Position numbers and translations under genes: made by a program. 64,000 bases of DNA from an uncultured Clostridia bacterium (lineage in GTDB: Bacteria; Bacillota; Clostridia; Christensenellales; UBA1242): the NCBI GenBank assembly GCA_944349925.1, contig CALVNT010000008.1:2114-66113 (forward strand). Reading direction: 5' to 3'. The notes under the pieces were generated by a model. It was not told the origin of the DNA. It saw only the letters and a list, made by a program, of their open reading frames with translations, and made no database searches. Shown piece by piece: positions 1 through 9,083 of the stretch (positions within the stretch are counted from its first letter, which is position 1; every line of letters begins with the position of its first letter).

Positions 1-149
1 ATAGAACAAAAATCAAACACCACATAATTGATTGCATTTGCAACTCAGGCAAAATTAATATCTATAAACACGGCCGAACCAACATAATCAACTACGACCA
101 ACTCGAAAAAGAACTAATCGAAACCCTAAAACAAAAAGGTAAATATTAA
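1..149 (+). CDS. 3' end of a small excisionase/HTH-like protein (partial, runs off the window edge)
   Basis: Frame from nt 3 reads RTKIKHHIIDCICNSGKINIYKHGRTNIINYDQLEKELIETLKQKGKY*. The G-x-I-x-x-x-K-x-G-R-x-x-I-I-N-Y-D-x-L pattern resembles Xis/HTH_17 C-termini. Not in the ORF track. Confidence 0.4.
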   Translation, partial: RTKIKHHIIDCICNSGKINIYKHGRTNIINYDQLEKELIETLKQKGKY

Positions 150-204
150 GTTTTTATTCTATTTTAAATTTCATTATATTTTTTATAATAATTTAATAAT
201 AATT

Positions 205-966
205 TTAATCGGAATACAATACTGGACTAGCTTGCCCTTTTTTCCTAAATCTAGCAGGTATTTTTTTATCTACAAATAATTTTGCGACCTCATTATTTTT
301 ATCAATTTCAACACCATCAAACTCTACTCTTCCAGAATTTCCATTTGCATAATGCCAATCTATTACTTTAAAGACTTTATTTACTATTCCATCAATAACA
401 GCCAAAACATATGGATATTTTTTTACTCTATCTAAACTTAATTTCCATGCAGATCTTACTGTTTCATAAACATTTTCATTTCGTTGACTAAGCCAATAAT
501 TTTTTATCTTAATCATAATATATTTAGGATTAGTATCCAAATCATCAAATTCTTTTACTGTTAACTTTTTTTCTAATGTTAAAGCATTTATTGGACAAAT
601 ATCTGATCCGTGTCCTTTTACTTGATTTGATAACTTGTCTAAACAATAAACATCTATTAATACACCTTCGACTAATAATGCATCGTCTTCTGTTAAACCA
701 GACTTTTGTATTATATGTATAACTTCCAATCCCGCATCAGCAATTTCTCTTATTGTTTTCATTTTTAAAGATATCTCATCATCTTCTTTAGTAAGATAAT
801 TTTCTCCTTCATAATTTTTAAGAGCACCTTTAACATGTGCAAAAACTCTATTGTTTTTGCCTTTGCCAATATAAAAAGTATTTCCATTTCTTGGATCTAC
901 CAGTCTATAAACATAATACTTCAATTCTTTACATACTTCATTACTAAATTTTTCAATCTTTTCCAT
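205..966 (-). CDS. LEM-3-like GIY-YIG nuclease domain protein
   Basis: YYVYRLVDPRNGNTFYIGKGKNNRVFAH (GIY-YIG/LEM-3 signature), EGVLID, LSNQVKG; AGGGAG RBS. Confidence 0.8.
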   Translation of the reverse strand: MEKIEKFSNEVCKELKYYVYRLVDPRNGNTFYIGKGKNNRVFAHVKGALKNYEGENYLTKEDDEISLKMKTIREIADAGLEVIHIIQKSGLTEDDALLVEGVLIDVYCLDKLSNQVKGHGSDICPINALTLEKKLTVKEFDDLDTNPKYIMIKIKNYWLSQRNENVYETVRSAWKLSLDRVKKYPYVLAVIDGIVNKVFKVIDWHYANGNSGRVEFDGVEIDKNNEVAKLFVDKKIPARFRKKGQASPVLYSD

Positions 967-1300
967 GCATTTCTCCCTTATTCACTATCTTAATGTTCCC
1001 CTGTTAATTCTTAAGCAAATTTTTTAAATCTTACCTATTAATATTTTTAAATTTATGTAAATATTTAATTATTTTATTATAAAATGTAATAATTTTTAAT
1101 TAAATATAATATTTCTCAAACACTCATTTTTCGACTAAAATACGATACAATCTTATTTTGGTCGGATTTTCTACTAAAATCAATGATTGTAATTAAAAAT
1201 GTATTATAAGATACTTTTTACAATTATAAACATAAAATTCGTGTTTTTATTAGTATCTACTATTACAAACAAATATATCAATTCTATAATTAATATAAAT

Positions 1301-3061
1301 TTATTCTTTTTTATCACTTTTAACAAAGCATAATTCTATTTCATAGTTATAATCATTTGATAATAACAAAATATGGTTTAAACAATATTTTGCAATGTTA
1401 GAATCAGAATTTAAAATAGAATTTACACCATCTATATTAATTACGACTTTATATATAAATTTAGAAACTTTTTTCATTTTATCTATAAATTCTTCTTCAT
1501 TATTAAAATTCTTATATAATTCATTATCATCATTTCTCTGTATCTGATTTTGCGAACGCTTAAATAAATCTTTAAAAAAATTTGTATTTCCTAATGTTAG
1601 TTCATTTAATTTTTTCATAGAAAGTTCCACTTGCCTATCTAATTCTCTCATTGAACAATTAAATTTATCCTTTACATGATAAATATAGCACTCATCTTTT
1701 GAGAACTTTAAAACATCGCCAAACTCTATATTATCAGGAATACACTTATGTATTAAAAATCCATTTAAAGATTTTGCTAAAGTCGAATTATACTTATCTT
1801 CATTCAAGACATCCCATTTAGGAAGAGAATCATCGTAACCAAAAATACTTAATTTTTTTTCAAGTAATTTATTTAATCTCATAAAGTAGTTATTTTCCAC
1901 AAAGTAATATACACCATACCACATAAAATAATGTTTATTATTACTTAGAACTTCACCACTTAAATTTTCTATCAACGCACCAAAATTATGTTCATCATCA
2001 TTATCAACGCCGATAACTGTTATTTTTTGTAAGAATTTTATTTTATCTTCATACGGCTTATCTTTTACATTTAAAGATTTATATAAATTTCTTAATGCTG
2101 AAAAAATGTCATATGAATCATCAAATTCTTCAAAATTATCTTCATAAAAAATTTTATATTTATCATAATCTAAAAATGTTTCAACATCTTTATTAAAAAA
2201 ATCATAACCTAAGTATGTTTCTTCTTGTTTTTCGATGTTGTTTAAAATATCATCATAAACAGTCGCATTATTTTTATCAATTTCTTCTTTATCTTTATGC
2301 CTATCCAAAATTTTTATATCTATAAAATCATTTTCTAATTTATCTGGTATCAAGTCATTAATAATTTTAAGCGATTTTATTAAAGCACTTAAATTCATTG
2401 AACTTGATAATTGCAAACTATCCTTTGCAATAACTCCTAATTTATTTTTTTTCGAAGATTGTGGAATATTAAGCAATTTACAAATTATTTCTTTATTGTT
2501 AATTTTTCCTTTTAATCCCTTTATTATTGAATCAATATCTTGTACATCAAAATAATTCAACTCTTGTCTAAAAACTTTATTTTCAGAATGTGTCTTTCCA
2601 CTCATATTGTTCGAATTTAATGCCGTAACCTTAAATGCAGAATCTATAGAACTTAGTGCAATTAATCCAAATTTATCAATTATATAAACAGAAATAACTC
2701 TGAAACCTTGCCCAGTTGGAACAGCATATATTCTATTTTTAATAATAAGAAAAAGTATAGAACTTTGAATCAAGCCTTTTTCATTTAATATTTCTTCTTC
2801 CTTTTCCACAAAATCAGTCGTAAATTTGCTTAAAGCTGACTGTATTTTATAACTATAATAATATAAAAATAATGACACATCACCTACAACATTATTACAT
2901 AGTTTTTGGATTTTATATTCTGGGAACTTTTTCATAATAAAATCAATACAAGCACTATTATCATTATTGTCAAAACTATAATTTTCTTTTTTCATTTCAG
3001 ATTTAATCAAATCTATATTTAATAAATTAATATTGTGCATTTTCGCCGTTGTTTGTGCCAT
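1301..3061 (-). CDS. TIGR04141/DUF6119-like sporadically distributed protein
   Basis: RIYAVPTGQG, KFGL, EDKYN, IEFGDVL...YIYHVK (PD-(D/E)xK-like C-terminus); start moved to the ATG at 3061 behind AAGGAG; very AT-rich. Confidence 0.6.
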   Translation of the reverse strand: MAQTTAKMHNINLLNIDLIKSEMKKENYSFDNNDNSACIDFIMKKFPEYKIQKLCNNVVGDVSLFLYYYSYKIQSALSKFTTDFVEKEEEILNEKGLIQSSILFLIIKNRIYAVPTGQGFRVISVYIIDKFGLIALSSIDSAFKVTALNSNNMSGKTHSENKVFRQELNYFDVQDIDSIIKGLKGKINNKEIICKLLNIPQSSKKNKLGVIAKDSLQLSSSMNLSALIKSLKIINDLIPDKLENDFIDIKILDRHKDKEEIDKNNATVYDDILNNIEKQEETYLGYDFFNKDVETFLDYDKYKIFYEDNFEEFDDSYDIFSALRNLYKSLNVKDKPYEDKIKFLQKITVIGVDNDDEHNFGALIENLSGEVLSNNKHYFMWYGVYYFVENNYFMRLNKLLEKKLSIFGYDDSLPKWDVLNEDKYNSTLAKSLNGFLIHKCIPDNIEFGDVLKFSKDECYIYHVKDKFNCSMRELDRQVELSMKKLNELTLGNTNFFKDLFKRSQNQIQRNDDNELYKNFNNEEEFIDKMKKVSKFIYKVVINIDGVNSILNSDSNIAKYCLNHILLLSNDYNYEIELCFVKSDKKE

Positions 3062-3306
3062 ACAATACTTCTCCTTATATATAAATAATAACATAAAAAA
3101 ATATATTTTTTATATATTCGACAAAAATTGCAATTTTATTTTTAGCTACACTTTAAAATATTTATTATCAAGCAATCTCTATTTTTCATTAGCTTTAATT
3201 TTATATTGCAAACACTTCGAAAGACTTTGTTTATTTAGTTTTTATGATAACAATGTACTTTTAAAACAAAAAGATATAATTTAACCTTCTCTTTTTTTAA
3301 TATTTT

Positions 3307-4032
3307 TTAGTTATCATCTATAATAATCACATTAACTTTTTTAGTATGAATAGTACAAGCGTCTAATGCAATCATTTTATCAGTTATAAATGGTTCAAAA
3401 TTTTCATTTAAACCAAATTCATCATATTGTTCTGGATTTTGCTCATGCCAAAATGCACTACAATGCCAATGCCCACAAACGATTATTTTGCCCGGTTCAT
3501 AAATTTCATATCTATACATTTCTACTGGATTGTTCCAACGAGCTTTTATCCATCTTTCTTTTCTTGCATTTCGCCAATCTTCATCATATAAATAGCAGTT
3601 TTCTATAATTGGTATCCAAGCATGAACAAAAATATATTTTTTTGTTTCATAATAATCAACACACATATCAAGAATTTCTTGCAAGCCTGTTTCTCTTGCT
3701 ATTTTTCGCAAATCAAATTCGCTTATTTGCCATTCTGGACACAAATCAATAATGGTATAAGCTGTCCCATTTGATAAGTCATATTGTGTATTTTTATTTC
3801 GTTCAATCATCTCTTGCATTAAATCTTCATGATTACCACGAACTAAAATAAGCTTATCTTTATGAGATAAAATAAAATCTATGATTTGTTTTGGTTGTCT
3901 TCCCCTGTCAAAAAGATCTCCACAAATAATAATTTTGTGATTAGGATTATTTATATCGAATCCCTTTTCTTTTAATGCAGTTTGCCACTCATCAAAATAT
4001 CCATGGATATCAGAACATACAAAATATTTCAT
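3307..4032 (-). CDS. Calcineurin-like metallophosphoesterase
   Basis: SDIHG, GDLFDRG, RGNHE, FVHA and CGHWH motifs. Confidence 0.9.
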   Translation of the reverse strand: MKYFVCSDIHGYFDEWQTALKEKGFDINNPNHKIIICGDLFDRGRQPKQIIDFILSHKDKLILVRGNHEDLMQEMIERNKNTQYDLSNGTAYTIIDLCPEWQISEFDLRKIARETGLQEILDMCVDYYETKKYIFVHAWIPIIENCYLYDEDWRNARKERWIKARWNNPVEMYRYEIYEPGKIIVCGHWHCSAFWHEQNPEQYDEFGLNENFEPFITDKMIALDACTIHTKKVNVIIIDDN

Positions 4033-4135
4033 ATTTACTCCTTTCTAACATCATAGAAAATAATGATATTATAATTTTCATACATTTTTAAAAAATATTG
4101 ATTAAAACAAACATGTTATTAAAATGTAATTATTA

Positions 4136-4660
4136 TTAAATTTCTTTTTCAATTTCTGCAACGACTTCTTCTTGATCAAATTTTTTAGATGTGAACTTAC
4201 CTGTTTTCTTAAATCCTAAATCATAAAAAACCTTTAATGCTTTTTCTCTATTTTCAGGCACAGTATCAGTTAAAAATTCAACACCTTTCTCTTTTGCCAT
4301 TTCAATTACTTTCATCATCGCAGGACGCATATAACCTTGCCCATGAAATTCACTTTTTATAACAATTCCCATTGTCGCTCTTTTGGTTTTTGGATCTTTA
4401 TTAAAATTAACATACCCAACAAATTGGTTTGTTTCAATATCTAAAATATAAGCATAAAAGAAATTAGAATTATTTAATTTAGTATTTGCCCATTCTTGCC
4501 ACTTGTCTTGTGGAAAATCAATACAACCAGTATCCTTATGATAACCCTCAAAACTAACATCATATCCTGCATTATATGCCATAGTGTTAGGATCAGACAT
4601 GCATTTTTCCCTGAACCACAATTCATCGACAGTTGGTTTATGCAATTTAATATTTTTCAT
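4136..4660 (-). CDS. GNAT family N-acetyltransferase
   Basis: EFHGQGYM acetyl-CoA motif; ENREKALKVFYDLGF. Confidence 0.85.
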   Translation of the reverse strand: MKNIKLHKPTVDELWFREKCMSDPNTMAYNAGYDVSFEGYHKDTGCIDFPQDKWQEWANTKLNNSNFFYAYILDIETNQFVGYVNFNKDPKTKRATMGIVIKSEFHGQGYMRPAMMKVIEMAKEKGVEFLTDTVPENREKALKVFYDLGFKKTGKFTSKKFDQEEVVAEIEKEI

Positions 4661-4717
4661 ATATCCCCCTTTCTAAATTAAAAAAACTTGTCATTATGAG
4701 AGAAGTTTTTTATTGTA

Positions 4718-4796
4718 TGGTGCACCTGAGAAGATTCGAACTTCCGACAAACCCGTCTTAGGAGGACGGTGCTCTATCCTGCTGAGCTACAGGTGC
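4718..4796 (-). tRNA. tRNA-Arg (anticodon CCT), intact, CCA encoded
   Basis: GCACCTG/CAGGTGC acceptor stem, D arm TAGCTCAGCAGGATAGAGC, anticodon arm CCGTC-CTCCTAA-GACGG, T loop TTCGAAT, 3' ACCA. Confidence 0.95.
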
Positions 4797-4896
4797 ATAT
4801 TAAAATTTTTAATAGTTTTACGACTTATTTTCGGTCAGAAATTTTAGTTGTTTTTATGCAATTTATTGAAGATACTCAAATAAATTTTTTAAAATT

Positions 4897-4920
4897 TGTA
4901 TACCAAAATGTATACCAAAA
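4897..4920. repeat. Tandem 12-bp direct repeat (TGTATACCAAAA x2), candidate integrase arm-type sites
   Basis: Seen directly, ~80 bp from the cut point of tRNA fragment 2; function inferred. Confidence 0.5.
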
Positions 4921-5002
4921 TCGTTTTTTCGATTTTTTGAAATCGATACATCCCTTTATTTATAAGACTTATAGCGATTTACAGGGATGGATAGTTCAAC
5001 AC

Positions 5003-5041
5003 CTTAGGAGGCTCTTGTTCTATCCGTTGAACTACGAGAAC
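5003..5041 (-). pseudogene. Orphan 5' half of a second tRNA-Arg(CCT) (att-site remnant)
   Basis: GTTCTCG-TAGTTCAACGGATAGAAC-A-AGAGC-CTCCTAAG, after which tRNA structure stops. Confidence 0.85.
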
Positions 5042-5076
5042 ATATAAATTTTAGGATTTCACACAAGATTTAGGAC

Positions 5077-5100
5077 AAAATTATTGATAAAATTATTGAT
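5077..5100. repeat. Tandem 12-bp direct repeat (AAAATTATTGAT x2), candidate integrase arm-type sites
   Basis: Seen directly, ~70 bp from the cut point of tRNA fragment 1; function inferred. Confidence 0.45.
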
Positions 5101-5171
5101 GCTTTCAAAAATTCAATCAAAAACCTACGAAAACCCAGTAAATAAAGGACTTAAATTCTTTATTACATACT

Positions 5172-5210
5172 CTTAGGAGGGGCTTGTAATATCCACTTTA
5201 CTATGGGAAC
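5172..5210 (-). pseudogene. Orphan 5' half of a third tRNA-Arg(CCT), probably the original host gene
   Basis: GTTCCCA-TAGTAAAGTGGATATTAC-A-AGCCC-CTCCTAAG, then truncated; preceded by a TTGATT-17bp-TAAACT promoter with extended -10 TG. Confidence 0.85.
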
Positions 5211-5372
5211 ATTATTATCTTTTGTTTTTCTTAGTTTAGCATTTTCATACATTAAAATCAAGTGTTTATTATCTTCTTTTGATATTATTGTTAGCGGTTT
5301 ATTTAAATTTTTATGTTTTTTTATTTTGTCCTTTCTTTAGTTGCTTTTTAACTATAACTATAATATAATGTT

Positions 5373-5464
5373 ATTAACCATAAAGAGTGTGCGAGGGACT
5401 GCCCCGTTGACCACACAGCAACCTGATAAAATGTCAAGGTGCTAAAGGCTGATCGATGGTTAAT
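5373..5464 (+). ncRNA. SAM-I-clan riboswitch (SAM-I or SAM-I/IV-like, P4 reduced)
   Basis: P1 ATTAACCAT/ATGGTTAAT; core AAGAG..GAGGGACTGCCCCGTTGACC..CAGCAACC...AAGGTGCTAA; directly upstream of metK. Confidence 0.9.
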
Positions 5465-5475
5465 TTAAAAAATTG

Positions 5476-5503
5476 GCCACCGATTTGGTGGCTTTTTTCT
5501 TTT
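5476..5503 (+). terminator. Riboswitch-controlled intrinsic terminator
   Basis: GCCACC-GATTT-GGTGGC hairpin followed by a T run, just before the metK RBS. Confidence 0.8.
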
Positions 5504-5517
5504 GGAAAGGAGGTAAT

Positions 5518-6594
5518 ATGAGAATTGTAACAAGTGAAAGTGTTAATGTTGGTCACCCAGACAAAACTTGTGATATTATAGCCGACTCTTTTTTAGATGA
5601 AGCTTTAAAACAAGATAAAGATAGTCAAATGGCTGTTGAATGTGCTATTAAAAACGACAAACTTTTTATTTATGGCGAAGCCACAACAAAGGCAAATATT
5701 GATTATGATAAAATTGCTAGAGATGTTTTAAAAGATATTGGTTATAAAAATGATTTTAAAATTATCAAGGAAATTAGTATACAAAGTCCTGAAATAAACA
5801 AAGCAGTTGTTGGAAAAAAATTAAAAGCAAACGACCAGGGGATTGTTTTTGGTTATGCGACAAACGAAACTAAAGAGTTTATGCCTTTGCCACTAGTTGT
5901 TGCGCATAAGCTTATGATGAAATATGAAAAGTTTAGGCGTCTGCGTGATGATTTTTTTGCCGACGCTAAAAGTCAAGTTTCCGTCCTTTATGACGATTTG
6001 CCAAAAGAAATAACAGAGGTGATTATCAGTGTTTCTCATAGCGATAATATTTCTCTTGCAAGACTTAGAAAGACAATAAAAAGTGAAATAGTTTTGCCAA
6101 TTCTTGAAGAATATAAAAATTTGGCAAAAAATGTTAAAATTTTGATAAATTCTGGCGGTAAATTTACAATCTGGGGAAGTTTTGCCGATAGTGGTTGTGT
6201 TGGTAGGAAAATTGTTGTTGATACTTATGGCGGAGAAGGTAAAGTCGGCGGTGGGTGTTTCAGTTCAAAGAATGCGACAAAAATAGATAGGTCAGGTGCT
6301 TATTATGCTAGAAAAGTTGCAAAAAATGTTGTTGCTCATGGCTATGCTGATAAATGTGAAATAGGACTTAGTTATGCCATTGGTGTTGCAGAGCCTATCA
6401 GTGTTTCAGTTGATTGTTTTAAAACAAATAAAATATCTATCGAAAAAATACAAGCGTATATAAAACAAAACTTTGACTTTAATGTCCAAAACATTATAAC
6501 CGAACTAGATCTTTTAAAACCTATTTATAAACAAACCGCTTGCTTTGGCCATTTTGGAAGAGAAGACTTCAGCTGGGAAAAAATTGAAAAGTAA
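5518..6594 (+). CDS. metK: S-adenosylmethionine synthetase (divergent)
   Basis: TSESVNVGHPDK, DQG, GRKIVVDTYGG, DRSGAY, FGHFGR; ATG at 5518 after AGGAGG. Confidence 0.93.
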   Translation: MRIVTSESVNVGHPDKTCDIIADSFLDEALKQDKDSQMAVECAIKNDKLFIYGEATTKANIDYDKIARDVLKDIGYKNDFKIIKEISIQSPEINKAVVGKKLKANDQGIVFGYATNETKEFMPLPLVVAHKLMMKYEKFRRLRDDFFADAKSQVSVLYDDLPKEITEVIISVSHSDNISLARLRKTIKSEIVLPILEEYKNLAKNVKILINSGGKFTIWGSFADSGCVGRKIVVDTYGGEGKVGGGCFSSKNATKIDRSGAYYARKVAKNVVAHGYADKCEIGLSYAIGVAEPISVSVDCFKTNKISIEKIQAYIKQNFDFNVQNIITELDLLKPIYKQTACFGHFGREDFSWEKIEK

Positions 6595-6652
6595 TTTTAT
6601 TATTTTTAAATTTTTTATTGTTTAAATAATCTTTTTTTGCTATAATGCTTGC

Positions 6653-7912
6653 ATGAAAATCTGTGTTTTGACTTTAGGATGTAAAGTAAATAAATATGAA
6701 AGTGATGTTATAATGCATGACCTTGAACAAAAGGGCCATGAAGTATTTGATGTTTTAAAGGAAGCTGATGCATATATTATAAACACTTGTGCAGTTACGG
6801 GAGAAGCCGAAAAAAAATCTAGGCAAATGGTTGCTAGATGCAGAAAATTTAACAAAGATGCAAAAATCTTGGTTTGTGGCTGTGCTAGTCAAAATAATGC
6901 TATTCAATTTGAAGAAAAAAATGTTGATTTTATCTGTGGAACAGCTAAAAAACAATTTATTCCGCTTTATTTAGAAACAATTTTTAATGGGTTAAAAGAA
7001 AAGCAAAATTTTGTTTTGCCGGAAGTTTATGAGCAAGGTCTATTTGCCAAACAGAGTCGCACAAGAGCATATATCAAGGTTCAAGATGGGTGTAATAATT
7101 TTTGTTCATATTGTATAATTCCTTATTTGCGTGGAAGAAGTCGTTCTCGATCATTAAGTTCAATTCTAGAAGAAGTTAAAACTTTGCCAGACGATGTTAA
7201 AGAAATCATTTTAACAGGAATAAATGTTACAGATTTTAAAATCGACGGCAAAAGTGGGCTTATTGATTTGCTTGAAAAATTAGACGAATTTGGAAAAAGA
7301 ATTAGACTTTCTTCATTAGAAGAAACTTTGGTTGATGAAAATTTTGTAGAAAGACTTTCAAAACTAAAAAATTTTTGTCCACATTTTCATCTCTCTTTGC
7401 AAAGCGGAAGTGATAGTGTGTTAAAACGAATGAATAGAAAATACACTACAAAACAATTTTTGGACTCCGTAAATTTGATAAGAAAATATTTTCCTATGCC
7501 TGCAATCACTACAGATATTATTGTTGGCTTTCCAACTGAAACTGAGGAAAATTTTAAAGAAAGCTATGATTTTATTGAAAAAGTTGCTTTTTCCGCTCTT
7601 CATATCTTTCAATATTCTTCTAGAGATGGGACAGTAGCATCTAAAATGCCTGACCTACCTTCTTCAATAAAAAAAGAAAGAGCAAAAATTTTGGAGCAAT
7701 TAGATGAAAATTTACGAAAAAAATTTATAACGAAAAATAAATTTGCAAATGTTTTAATAGAAGAAAAAGAGGATCAATATTATATTGGTTATAGCGAAAA
7801 TTACATAAAATGTTATATTAAATCAGATGAAAATTTGATAAATAAAATAGTTAAAGTTAAGATATTAGAACCTTTTCTTGATGGAGCTTTAGCGCAACTT
7901 TTGGAAAATTAA
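6653..7912 (+). CDS. mtaB: tRNA t6A37 methylthiotransferase
   Basis: TLGCKVN, INTCAVT, radical-SAM motif CNNFCSYC, TDIIVGFP. Confidence 0.9.
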   Translation: MKICVLTLGCKVNKYESDVIMHDLEQKGHEVFDVLKEADAYIINTCAVTGEAEKKSRQMVARCRKFNKDAKILVCGCASQNNAIQFEEKNVDFICGTAKKQFIPLYLETIFNGLKEKQNFVLPEVYEQGLFAKQSRTRAYIKVQDGCNNFCSYCIIPYLRGRSRSRSLSSILEEVKTLPDDVKEIILTGINVTDFKIDGKSGLIDLLEKLDEFGKRIRLSSLEETLVDENFVERLSKLKNFCPHFHLSLQSGSDSVLKRMNRKYTTKQFLDSVNLIRKYFPMPAITTDIIVGFPTETEENFKESYDFIEKVAFSALHIFQYSSRDGTVASKMPDLPSSIKKERAKILEQLDENLRKKFITKNKFANVLIEEKEDQYYIGYSENYIKCYIKSDENLINKIVKVKILEPFLDGALAQLLEN

Positions 7913-7929
7913 AAAGTTTGAAAAAATTC

Positions 7930-7958
7930 TTGACTTTTTAAATGGTTAACAATATAAT
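7930..7958 (+). promoter_or_regulatory. SigA promoter of rpsU-rplS
   Basis: TTGACT-17bp-TATAAT. Confidence 0.75.
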
Positions 7959-7993
7959 ATAAAAGAACTTTATATTGAAAGGTGGTGAGAAGA

Positions 7994-8176
7994 TTGACAA
8001 CTGTTAAAGTAGGCGAAAACGAAAGTCTTGAAAGTGCTCTTAAGAGATTTAAAAGAAAATGCCAAAAAGACGGTATCATTGGCGATATCAGAAAAAAAGA
8101 AGCCTATGATAAGCCAAGCGTTGCTAAGAAAAAGAAACGCGAAGCAGCTCGTAAAAGAGCAAGAAAAAGAGGTTAA
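7994..8176 (+). CDS. rpsU: 30S ribosomal protein S21
   Basis: [18 protein letters not shown]...YDKPSV; TTG start at 7994. Confidence 0.95.
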   Translation: MTTVKVGENESLESALKRFKRKCQKDGIIGDIRKKEAYDKPSVAKKKKREAARKRARKRG

Positions 8177-8222
8177 TCATCTTTAATTATATTTGATTGC
8201 AAAATCTTAAAAGGAGAATATT

Positions 8223-8570
8223 ATGTCAAACATTATCGACCAAATCGAAAAAGAAAACATGAAAGAAAATGTTGCTCAGTTTAATATTGGCGATACAGTT
8301 AAAGTTGGCGTTAAAATCAAAGAAGGCGATAAAGAAAGAATTCAAGCTTTTGAAGGTGTTGTTATCGCTAGAAAAAATGGCGGAATTAGAGAAACTTTTA
8401 CTGTAAGAAAAATTTCAAACGGTGTTGGTGTTGAAAGAACTTTCCCTGTTCATTCTCCACTTGTTGCAAGTGTTGAAGTTGTAAGAAAAGGTATGCCAAG
8501 AAGAGCTAAACTTTATTATGTTAGAGAACTTACTGGTAAAGCAGCAAAAATTAAATCTGCTGACAACTAA
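8223..8570 (+). CDS. rplS: 50S ribosomal protein L19
   Basis: [45 protein letters not shown]. Confidence 0.97.
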   Translation: MSNIIDQIEKENMKENVAQFNIGDTVKVGVKIKEGDKERIQAFEGVVIARKNGGIRETFTVRKISNGVGVERTFPVHSPLVASVEVVRKGMPRRAKLYYVRELTGKAAKIKSADN

Positions 8571-8601
8571 TTTAAATTTTAAAACAATTAAAAAAACACA
8601 T

Positions 8602-9066
8602 TTAACTTATCCCCTAATAGTTGGGTAAAAATTTAATAATTGTATCAGTACATTTTGGGTCCGGTATTTTACCGGACTCATTTTTAATTTAAGCATAATT
8701 TTCGTTGCTGTTATAGTATATATACTTTAGTTTGTCAATGTAATCGTCAACACTCTCAAACTTTTCGACAAATAACATTTTAGTTTTAAGTTTATCAAAG
8801 ATAGTTTTTGAAATACCATTGTTTAAACAATTTCTTTTACGTTGAAACCTTTCCCAAACTAAGGCATCTAACCTTTTTTCTAACCACCTTCTTTTCTTAT
8901 TCACAAAGATATTTTATAGCAGTTTCAATGTAAGACAAACTATGTTCACGCAAATCTATTATATTTTAAATTTTAAATTCATGACTAAATATTTTATATT
9001 ATTTCTTTTTGTCTTTATTAAAAAAGTGAGCCTCCTAAAGTTGTTTAACCTTTGGAGCTCACTTCA
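8602..9066 (-). mobile_element. Degenerate, internally deleted IS3/IS150-family remnant
   Basis: End TGAAGTGAGCTCCAAAGGTTAAACA resembles an IS150-type IR, with a related end near 8602-8625; decayed transposase C-terminus (LKTKMLF..KFES..YI..YYN, then MSPVKYR in another frame). Confidence 0.7.
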
Positions 9067-9083
9067 ATTTTATAAATAGTCTT

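Noticed and set aside
4769-5047. 92-aa ORF on the + strand
   Set aside because: It overlaps the tRNA and a tRNA fragment on the opposite strand and has no RBS; spurious
4797-5171. Group I intron or split/permuted tRNA to explain the tRNA-Arg halves
   Set aside because: The spacers are short and AT-rich with no intron core, and the stems of the halves do not pair with the 3' half of the intact tRNA
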